A stretch of 64,000 nucleotides of DNA from the IMG/VR virus record IMGVR_UViG_3300024999_000087, one strand, 5' to 3'. This document shows, piece by piece, positions 56,474 through 64,000 of this stretch (its first letter is position 1; each line of letters begins with the position of its first letter). Position numbers and translations under genes: made by a program. The notes beneath the pieces are model-generated. The model did not search any database, was not told the DNA's origin, and was given only the letters and a program-made list of their open reading frames with translations. This DNA comes from an uncultured virus (IMG/VR IMGVR_UViG_3300024999_000087) (lineage: Duplodnaviria > Heunggongvirae > Uroviricota > Caudoviricetes).

Positions 56474-58639
56474 TTATCGTTGAACGCCTTCTGCCTCAAT
56501 GCCAGTCATAGCCCCCCCGGTCGGTTGCGTCTCTTCAAGTGCTGGCGCAACCGGAGTTGCTATCTCAGGTTCTTGTATTCTCGGGGGAAACATCGGTGAT
56601 GTGTTCTGCTGTACGTCAGTTGTCACAGGATCGACCGGAATCGCGCCTTGCTGCATTCCAGTGACAGGCGCGACAATCGGGTCTTCGTCCATGTCTTCAC
56701 CGCCAGATGACTTCAACACCTGATCGGCAACAGGTACGACTTGTGGCATGGTGACGATCTGGACACCAGCCTGGACCGCTGAGTAAATCGCCTCAATCCG
56801 GTCGATGACCTGTTTGGTGACAAGGGAAGATATCTGCGCGTCGGCAAGTTTCTCTTTGATATCCAACTCTCTTGTCTTCGCTTCAACCTCTGGATTGGGC
56901 GCATTGGTCATGTTTCGCACAGCCTCGGCCAGTTCCTTCTTGTTCGGCGCGTTGGTTAAGTCAAAGATATGGGGGAATGCAAGTTCCTGGTATTTCTCAG
57001 GCATCGACTTGACAATCTCCGCTAAAGAAGTCAGTTGTTGCGCCTTGTAAGACGGGGTACTCGGAACCTCTGAGAGCGTGACCTTCAGTTTCGTGCGCTG
57101 GACATCGTTGGTCAGGAAATCGCCTTCAGGTTTGTTCAGGACAATGGTCTTCGATTCGTTGATTGCGGTGCCTGGGATGGTGACCTCTTCCTCTTCCATT
57201 GTGTCTTCTATCAGCAATGACAGAAGAACGTCTCCAACTTCAGCTCTTGCAAAAGCAAAGTTATCGTTCAGGTCAGGAAGCCCCTGCACAGATTGCTCTG
57301 CAAGGCGGTTCAGGTCGCCCGGAGCCATGCCAGCCTTGTTCCCCTGCATGTATGCCTCAGCAATGCGAGAAACACGCTTCAGGGCCTCTCTAGCGTCCAC
57401 TAGGCGGTCATATTGCTGCTGGGTCAGGGCAGAGTTGTCTTCAATCTCAAACCTCGCCCCAGGTTTCGCCATTTCGGTCTGGTCGAGGATGATATCAGCG
57501 TCACTCCTGCCGACCATACTTCGGAAAACTTCGTCAGTATCGAAGACTGCGCCCTCTGTTCGGATGGTTCGAGTAGCCCCAAGCATCCATTGCATCTTGC
57601 TTGTCCTGGCGTTGATCTCGTCTTGCAGATACATCATGCCCCGTGCAAGCGCGTAAGGGACGGCTGTTCGGTCTTCTCGCTTGCCCCAAAACGGAATGTA
57701 CTTGAACTTGCCATGCTTATACGGACTAGGACCATCATAGAGTCTATGAGGCCCAAGAAACCAAGCCAGCCTGACCTTACTGATATTCGCTTCTACCAGT
57801 GGAACACCTACGGCAGCGGCCTGTAAATGAAGGGGATTCTTCTTGTCGTATTCCAAGATTCTCCCGTCTCTCATCTTCAATACCAACGCCCGCTCCCAGA
57901 CCCGATACCAGACCTCAAACAGACATGCCCTGCCATTTACCCCGTCCCGCCATTCCTGTTCCTCAATTGACCAGCCGCGCTCGATACCCATAGAAAGTTC
58001 TGTACTAGACCCCCCATCGGTCAAGTAAGAACTCAGCGCATCAACACTCTGCCAACTCGTTACCGCTCCCCTGATAAGCTTCTCTTTGCCGGGGAACATC
58101 AACACTGCCTGGTCAACTGGGGTCCATTTTCGCCTGACTAAGTATCTTGCATCAGATAAGTCGTCCTGTTTCGCCAGGAAGTCCCACCAGATTTCATTCC
58201 GGTGAATATGCAAACACCGATAAGGATACTTAAACGGGTCCGGTTCACGGTCAACCTCTACCCATCCCAGTCCTACTGAAATTTGTGATTTATACGCCTT
58301 GGAACATGCCAGGTCAGCCTTCGACATTCTTTCTGCCTGGTTCAACTTGAAAGCGAACGCCTCTGCTACCTGCTCCCCTTCATTGTCTTTTTTGTCAGAA
58401 CCTACCAGCCAATCCCGTCTATTCAACGCCTCAATCCCACACAGAGAGTCAATCACCCCCCCCATCAACGGTTCTATCGAAGGCGGAATACCTTTCTCCC
58501 TCTGTGCCAGCAGAACGGCAGCGTCTAACTGGTTGCCGTCTATGTAGTCCATCTCCTTGTCTGCTCTACTTCTCCATGCAGGCTGATTGAAGATTTCCTC
58601 TAGCCAACCTGTAAAGACTTCAAGCGTACATTCTTTCAT
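56474..58639 (-). CDS. Portal protein (P22-like)
   Basis: DYIDGNQ, GLGWVEV, YIPFWG; follows TerL. Confidence 0.88.
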   Translation of the reverse strand: MKECTLEVFTGWLEEIFNQPAWRSRADKEMDYIDGNQLDAAVLLAQREKGIPPSIEPLMGGVIDSLCGIEALNRRDWLVGSDKKDNEGEQVAEAFAFKLNQAERMSKADLACSKAYKSQISVGLGWVEVDREPDPFKYPYRCLHIHRNEIWWDFLAKQDDLSDARYLVRRKWTPVDQAVLMFPGKEKLIRGAVTSWQSVDALSSYLTDGGSSTELSMGIERGWSIEEQEWRDGVNGRACLFEVWYRVWERALVLKMRDGRILEYDKKNPLHLQAAAVGVPLVEANISKVRLAWFLGPHRLYDGPSPYKHGKFKYIPFWGKREDRTAVPYALARGMMYLQDEINARTSKMQWMLGATRTIRTEGAVFDTDEVFRSMVGRSDADIILDQTEMAKPGARFEIEDNSALTQQQYDRLVDAREALKRVSRIAEAYMQGNKAGMAPGDLNRLAEQSVQGLPDLNDNFAFARAEVGDVLLSLLIEDTMEEEEVTIPGTAINESKTIVLNKPEGDFLTNDVQRTKLKVTLSEVPSTPSYKAQQLTSLAEIVKSMPEKYQELAFPHIFDLTNAPNKKELAEAVRNMTNAPNPEVEAKTRELDIKEKLADAQISSLVTKQVIDRIEAIYSAVQAGVQIVTMPQVVPVADQVLKSSGGEDMDEDPIVAPVTGMQQGAIPVDPVTTDVQQNTSPMFPPRIQEPEIATPVAPALEETQPTGGAMTGIEAEGVQR

Positions 58640-59910
58640 GCAACTCTCCAGTTCACCGGAGGGGGGATGCGTCTCTGTCGCTTCATCTCGTTTCTCATGG
58701 ACCCCTCATTACAGGCTATGTATCGGAAACAATCGGCACCGTGACTGTGCTCGTCATGCAACGGAGCACCAGCGGTTTGTGTGGTGCGATTGATTGACCT
58801 CTTGTACCGCTTCAAATGCTCGACTAACTTGCCGGTCTTCTTCTTGTCGAAATACGTCCGGGCCATCATCATTCGGGCAAGTCGAATACCGCCCTCAACG
58901 TCAACCTCGATGATCGACTCTCTACCAGGCACAACCCATCCCAAAGCGGTAAACGTATCAGCGCAAGTCTTGCCACCTGATGCTATATTCCCTGAAAAAC
59001 CATCGTGAGGCAGGAACACCCCCCCCCAGTTGTATTCACGCTTCTTTAACTGGATCGAATACCAGTCCAAAGTCTTATGGTCGCCCTCAAGGTAGTCAAT
59101 GACCCTCACTTCACTTAAATTCCGCTGAACCATCGCAATCGAAAGAGTGTCGTTCCAGCCAAGGTCAACAACCACATGCACCTTCAGAATCGGGTCGTAT
59201 GGCACATTACAAATCCTGCCCTCGTCCTGTGCCGCCTGCATCTCATCGTAGTAAATCGCACCCTCGGCGGCTGGTCGGCATTTACCCTCCCAGATGTTCG
59301 GGTAGTCCTTCGGGTAGAATTTCTGGCAATGAAGACGCTCTGCTTCCATCACATCATTGAACCACGGATTGTCCGAGTAGTTCATGTGGACGATGATGCA
59401 ATTCTCCGGGGTGTTAATGGCAAACCTGACATGCGTCTCGTCAGTCTCAAGGTCAGGGTTATACGTGACCCATATCTCTGACCCATCTTTACGAATGGTC
59501 GGGATTAAGATATCCCAGGACCGCTTGCTTAAAGCCTGTGCCTCTTCAACCCAGCAGATATCGACGCCCTCAAACGACTTAATACTGTCTACCGTGTGAG
59601 ACGAAAGTCCTGAAAAACTAAATATCGTGCCGTTCTTTCCCCGGATCTCGGAGTCTAAGACCTCGTAGTGGTAGTACAGCCACATCCTCTCAATCTGGTC
59701 TGCCAGCAACCGATGAACCGAATCCTTGATCGACTTCTGGACTTCACGGGTACACAATACGCGGGTCTGTCTCGCCCTGCCTATTGCCAGCAATGCCCTA
59801 GCGTAACTCCACGATTTTGTTGAACATCTTCCGCCTTTTGCCACCTTGTAGCGCATAGGCTCAAAGAGGAAGGCAAGTTTGTCGGGGATGTCTACTGCTA
59901 GTTCACTCAT
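58636..59910 (-). CDS. terL: Terminase large subunit (PBSX-type)
   Basis: KGGRCSTKS, REVQKSI, WVEEAQ, TYNP, DLGWND, HGADCFRY. Confidence 0.93.
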   Translation of the reverse strand: MSELAVDIPDKLAFLFEPMRYKVAKGGRCSTKSWSYARALLAIGRARQTRVLCTREVQKSIKDSVHRLLADQIERMWLYYHYEVLDSEIRGKNGTIFSFSGLSSHTVDSIKSFEGVDICWVEEAQALSKRSWDILIPTIRKDGSEIWVTYNPDLETDETHVRFAINTPENCIIVHMNYSDNPWFNDVMEAERLHCQKFYPKDYPNIWEGKCRPAAEGAIYYDEMQAAQDEGRICNVPYDPILKVHVVVDLGWNDTLSIAMVQRNLSEVRVIDYLEGDHKTLDWYSIQLKKREYNWGGVFLPHDGFSGNIASGGKTCADTFTALGWVVPGRESIIEVDVEGGIRLARMMMARTYFDKKKTGKLVEHLKRYKRSINRTTQTAGAPLHDEHSHGADCFRYIACNEGSMRNEMKRQRRIPPPVNWRVA

Positions 59911-60208
59911 CTCTTTGCGGCCAACCCCAGGCAAGGACGGTGGGTCTGCTTCGCCGCACTATTGGCGGTTGATCGGCCCGAGAAGCTGCCATTTCTAAGG
60001 TAAAGGGCAGGTCGAAAATTGGGAGAACGGACGGATAGAGTCTCAGTGTGTACATTAGTAGTAGAGTATATTATATACACACTGAGCCTATTCCTTAATC
60101 CTGTCGGCCTGTTACGCACCACTTTTGCTCTCCAATCCGGGGTTTCTGCAATTCTCACTGTGTACAAGGGGCGAGTGAACTGTCCGCTAAAATCGGACGG
60201 TTGAAACG

Positions 60209-60460
60209 ACTCAGCGGAAATTTATATTAAGTTGCATCCTGAATACTCTGCCCATAGCCGTCTTGCTTTGGCCCAACTTCCCATGCACTGCTTAGTGGTA
60301 TGCGTCCGGGGTTCGGTGATTATCCCCATCGCAGCCTCTTCAAATGCCAATGCCGCCAACCTGATCGGGTGGTCGAGTGGCAAGTTGTCCGCGTCGGCCC
60401 TGGAAATCATCTCTTGCGCTAAGGGTGTCTCGGGCATAATTCACTCAGCGGAAATTTATA
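60209..60460. repeat. 18-bp direct repeats flanking a 71-aa gene
   Basis: ACTCAGCGGAAATTTATA at 60209-60226 and 60443-60460. Confidence 0.9.
60222..60437 (-). CDS. hypothetical protein in repeat-bounded cassette
   Basis: Fills the interval between the two repeats. Confidence 0.6.
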   Translation of the reverse strand: MPETPLAQEMISRADADNLPLDHPIRLAALAFEEAAMGIITEPRTHTTKQCMGSWAKARRLWAEYSGCNLI

Positions 60461-60759
60461 AATCGCTCCCTATGATACGAAGGGGCGCAACCGGCAACCG
60501 ACCACCCCCCCCTATCGACTTTTGGCCCATCATCCTGACCCATACATGCCCCCGAATCCGGGTGAAAACCACCTCGACAGCCATTTTTGCAGGCTACCGA
60601 TTTCACAACGATTAATGCCACTCTCTCAGTACAGATATACCGACAATAGCGGGCAACCTGAGAATGCTTCCTGTATATGTTAGGCAGTACGACCCTGCAA
60701 CATGGACGACTGATATATAATCAGTTGCTCTATTTGCGCCATGCCTTGATAATACTGAG

Positions 60760-61368
60760 CTACACGTCATCACTGTCCTCGGTGGTTGCGGATATTTGCG
60801 GCAATGGGGCTCCTTCGCACTCGATCACCGGCTGAACAGGAGGCAGGGCACTGACTAGGCGGATGGATATGGCCTCGATCTCGGTGCGACCTGAGTTGCG
60901 ATTGTCATTTTTGCTTTCAGTCCGGGTGTTTACGTGGTTGTGATGGTTGACTGCATCGAAGATATAGACGCTCCGGTCCATCGCTCCTGCTGCTGCCGCT
61001 TGGAACTTATAGTCCTGCATTCTCAACTGTGTGCTTTTTGACACACCCGAAAACTCTTCGCCGCGTCTCTCAATCTCATTCCATATGTCCTTGGAATACA
61101 TACCGATGTGGTATTGCAGTCCTGCTACCGTGGGGAGGAACCCTTTCACCTCGCACTGGTCGAAGTAGGAGTCAACCGCATCCTGTAGTTCATCCGGTGT
61201 CTCATATATAGGTGGTCGTCCTCTCCTGGCGCATGAGCCGATGTTCTTCAGCGTCTCGCGCCGTGCGTCTAGCTCTTCTGGTGATATAGCAGGCTGGGGG
61301 CTTGGCTTGCGTAGGCGTGGTTGTTTGGATGCCTTCTTATTGCGCCGTGCCGTCATGGTCTGCATCAA
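60760..61368 (-). CDS. terS: Terminase small subunit (P22 gp3-like)
   Basis: GRPPIYETPDELQDAVDSYF...PTVAGL; upstream of TerL. Confidence 0.8.
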   Translation of the reverse strand: MMQTMTARRNKKASKQPRLRKPSPQPAISPEELDARRETLKNIGSCARRGRPPIYETPDELQDAVDSYFDQCEVKGFLPTVAGLQYHIGMYSKDIWNEIERRGEEFSGVSKSTQLRMQDYKFQAAAAGAMDRSVYIFDAVNHHNHVNTRTESKNDNRNSGRTEIEAISIRLVSALPPVQPVIECEGAPLPQISATTEDSDDV

Positions 61369-61733
61369 TCCTTACCCTGGGGGGTATACACACGCACTAT
61401 CTGTGGCATCTTGTACCATGCGCCGTACTGTGGGTTCTTTACCCTGATTGTGTGGGTGTAAACCTTCAGCGAGGGCGTAGGGGCGTAGCCGGTTGTCCAT
61501 GTGGGGCTGGCGGTGGTCGTCTTCGTCATGCCTTCACTCCGTAGCCCTGAGCGTTCATCCACTCACCGGCCTTGAGCATTGTCTCACTGTACCGTTCTGG
61601 CGGCATCCTCAACCCACACTCCACACAATCGCCAGCAGTGTAGAGGGGAGCCATGCAGCTTGGGCACATCAGTGTCAGTTCTACCCTATCAGGGGCGACT
61701 GTCATCAAAATGTCTATCAGTTCTTCTACCATA

Positions 61734-62228
61734 TCAGTCCTTGTCTATCAGGTCTTCGTATCGTTCGGAGAGGATCGCGCCGGGGTCGTGGTCATCCCAC
61801 GGATTCTGGCTATAGGTGAGGTCGAATGTCTTCTTGCTCATTGCCTTGAGGTAATCGGGGTGGCGCTTCACATTGCCAGGGACCATCCCATAGTTCTCAT
61901 TGCCGAACACCACAGGACAGGCAGAGAACAGGTATCTACTCCACATTGCCATAACCTTATCCTCGGTCAGCGTATCACCAGCCTTGAGTATCCCTATAAT
62001 TGAGTGGTCGCATCTACCCTCACCAGCACATGCAGCATCTTCGCCCGATTGTGTGCGTATGACTGTCTCAGCGTTCAATCCTTGGTTGGCTGGTGCATCA
62101 CTCATCGGGATATCGCACGTAGAATATACCTGGCCGTACCATCCCGGAGCATCTACCCTATCGAACACATCCTCAACCCAGGCGAGAGCCTCAGCAACGG
62201 TCATTGTCTCATTGAGGTCCGGCCTCAT
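61734..62228 (-). CDS. hypothetical protein
   Basis: Operon packing upstream of terS. Confidence 0.5.
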   Translation of the reverse strand: MRPDLNETMTVAEALAWVEDVFDRVDAPGWYGQVYSTCDIPMSDAPANQGLNAETVIRTQSGEDAACAGEGRCDHSIIGILKAGDTLTEDKVMAMWSRYLFSACPVVFGNENYGMVPGNVKRHPDYLKAMSKKTFDLTYSQNPWDDHDPGAILSERYEDLIDKD

Positions 62229-62910
62229 AGTCTGTCGTCCTCGTATCCATCAACATACAACCCGGCAATCACGCTCCACTGCTCATCCCATGCCTCATCA
62301 TCACTCAACCCAGGCATACTGTCACTCACAATGGCGGCAGGGGTCTGTTCCTTGCGCCCGAACGTCCTCTCGTAATTGTCCCGGTAGGCATCGTTGGGGT
62401 ATCGTGTATAGATTGAGCCTTTACCTATCTGCATCAGTCCTCACGCTCCCAGTCATTCCTAAACCGGGTCCACTCGTCACCGTCTACATCGTCCAACGGA
62501 TCATGAGCATAGTCCCGGCCTGTTTCATTCATTGGTTCGTCAGGCAGGTCGCTGAATATATCGACTAAATCTTTGATGGTCTACCGCCGATACGTTCTGT
62601 TCTTGATTTCCCCATCAGCCAGCATAACAGGGGCGAACTCCACCTCGCAGGCAGAGCAGTCGATATATGTGGAGTGACCGGGGGATTTAAGGATTCCCGA
62701 TACATCATACTTCTTGCCGCACTTGGGGCATGCCGCTTCTTTCTTCGCCATTGTCAGCTCGTCTGATTCCATCGGATTTTTTGCTTTCTCGGCCAGTCCA
62801 CCTTGTATATCCTGGTAGGCTTGACCCTATCGAATCTGCCGCACATCTGGCATCGCCTACCGGCGGCATCACAGCAACAAATTATCGTCGCTTTTCGTTT
62901 CATCCCTATT

Positions 62911-62939
62911 ATTATACCATAACCTAACTATCTATGCAA
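62911..62939 (-). promoter_or_regulatory. sigma70-type promoter ahead of the packaging operon
   Basis: TTGCAT-17-TATAAT with TGn. Confidence 0.7.
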
Positions 62940-62978
62940 TACCTTTATTTGCTAGGCAGCAAAGAAAAAAATACTCAA

Positions 62979-63515
62979 TTAAACAGAACAACCTTTATGC
63001 ATATCAATATACTGCTTGGCGGATGAATAGATATCACAGTCAGGGAACCCAAGACACTGCCCTGCTGCAAAACGAACGTAGGCTGCTTCTAAGATGGAAT
63101 CGAAAGACCCCAGATATTTTGCGCGGCTGTCAACTCTGATCTGAGCGTACCATTTTTTAGCCCGCTTGTGCCAGAGAACGCCCTTTACACCAGATGTATT
63201 GTCCTTCCGCATTCCACAGTTTCTGTTTTGGCATTGCCGCGATGCCTCTCGGAGATTCACTCGGCGGTTGTCCGTCCGTATCCTATTGATGTGATCAATT
63301 TCATTTTCCGGGAGATATCCATCTGTATACAGAATCGCTAGACGGTGTGCTGGATACATCTTCCCATCAACCCTAATTCTGATATACCCACAAGTATCCC
63401 GGCAACTAGTCTCAAACCCTGCCGGGGTGTTCCTAGCAGGCGATATCTTCCACCGGAATTTTCCTTCATCCGGGTTATAGCCCAAAATCTCGCGCAAGCG
63501 TTCTTGTGTAATCAT
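62979..63515 (-). CDS. HNH homing endonuclease (copy 4)
   Basis: AHRLAILYTDGYLPENEIDHINRIRTDNRRVNLRE; paralog of copies 1 and 2. Confidence 0.92.
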   Translation of the reverse strand: MITQERLREILGYNPDEGKFRWKISPARNTPAGFETSCRDTCGYIRIRVDGKMYPAHRLAILYTDGYLPENEIDHINRIRTDNRRVNLREASRQCQNRNCGMRKDNTSGVKGVLWHKRAKKWYAQIRVDSRAKYLGSFDSILEAAYVRFAAGQCLGFPDCDIYSSAKQYIDMHKGCSV

Positions 63516-63524
63516 CTCGTTATC

Positions 63525-63761
63525 CTAATTATCGCTCTCAGCAAGCCCATCGCAAGCCTCAGCCCTATCCACCATCACCCGCAGGAACCGAGCACACTCC
63601 CCAAATAGCACATCCTCGCCCACCATTTCTTTCAGCAGGGCAAACTCCACCTGGGCATACCGTTTGATTGCCTCCATCTCGGCATCCTGGGGAGACTCAC
63701 GCTCTATTTCCTCAGCTTCTAGGATCATATCGACCTGATGACTATCAAGTATCGTTGGCAT
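63525..63761 (-). CDS. hypothetical acidic protein
   Basis: GAGGTG RBS; follows promoter and structured leader. Confidence 0.55.
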   Translation of the reverse strand: MPTILDSHQVDMILEAEEIERESPQDAEMEAIKRYAQVEFALLKEMVGEDVLFGECARFLRVMVDRAEACDGLAESDN

Positions 63762-63888
63762 CTCACCTCATTCTGCAACCCCGGCTTTTACACCGGGGCG
63801 CATATAGCGGACCAGGCTATCGAAGACGACCCAACCCCGGACCACCCGGAGCAGGATCAAGGAGTCTACACCAACTCCTAATCACCCC

Positions 63889-63938
63889 ATTATACAACAT
63901 CTGGTAGTATCGTGCAACACAAACCGCTATATATTGTG
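63889..63938 (-). promoter_or_regulatory. sigma70-type promoter overlapped by tandem NrdR-like boxes
   Basis: TTGCAC-17-TATAAT (63917-63889); CAACATCTGGTA (63895) and CTATATATTGTG (63927), 32 bp apart. Confidence 0.7.
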
Positions 63939-63940
63939 CT

Positions 63941-63973
63941 ATGAAAAATAATTCACACGATGAAAAATAATTC
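63941..63973. repeat. 14-bp direct repeat upstream of a plus-strand TTGACA
   Basis: ATGAAAAATAATTC at 63941-63954 and 63960-63973; TTGACA at 63984, -10 would be outside the window. Confidence 0.75.
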
Positions 63974-64000
63974 GCATTTCTTCTTGACATCGCTACGCCA

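Larger units (their letters stand above)
1..64000. mobile_element. Temperate tailed phage genome (podovirus-like, near complete, excised form)
   Basis: Terminases, portal, capsid, tail, lysis, replication, repressor/integrase modules all present; att core has phage genes on both sides; no tape-measure or sheath gene recognised. Confidence 0.95.

Noticed and set aside
59911..60759. Group I/II intron splitting the terminase
   Set aside because: TerL and TerS both appear complete and no intron core motifs were recognised.
63984..64000. Direct circular join of window end to position 1
   Set aside because: The end has a -35 without a -10 and position 1 starts mid-ORF; no terminal repeat seen, so some sequence lies outside the window.

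Overview
The window is nearly all of one temperate, podovirus-like tailed-phage genome in its excised (attP-intact) form; no host genes are evident. Modules on the minus strand: early/replication/recombination genes (Nmad1-like protein, phosphoesterase, Zn-Toprim primase, SF2 helicase, initiator-like protein, SSB, YqaJ exonuclease, Sak4-like ATPase, NinB, resolvase), lysis (GH108), tail/fibre genes, ejection proteins including a 2801-aa polyvalent protein, and head/packaging genes (N4-gp56-like capsid, scaffold, P22-like portal, TerL, TerS). The lysogeny switch comprises xis, cro, an unusual XRE repressor with two PAS-like domains, a tyrosine integrase and an attP core matching the 3' half of tRNA-Thr(CGT). 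A plus-strand accessory operon carries a PHA depolymerase/synthase-like hydrolase and an ASCH protein. There are four HNH homing-type endonucleases plus one other HNH protein. Most notable: (1) an 80-aa membrane protein whose C-terminus repeats the N-terminal GAFDDIF motif of the divergently encoded giant ejection protein (candidate decoy superinfection exclusion); (2) the PAS-sensor repressor with no autocleavage domain; (3) a promoter-driven ~480-nt highly structured non-coding RNA; (4) NrdR-like boxes over phage promoters; (5) the PHA enzyme. The host is probably Gram-negative; any narrower host assignment is unsupported. All family calls are by motif recognition, not database search.
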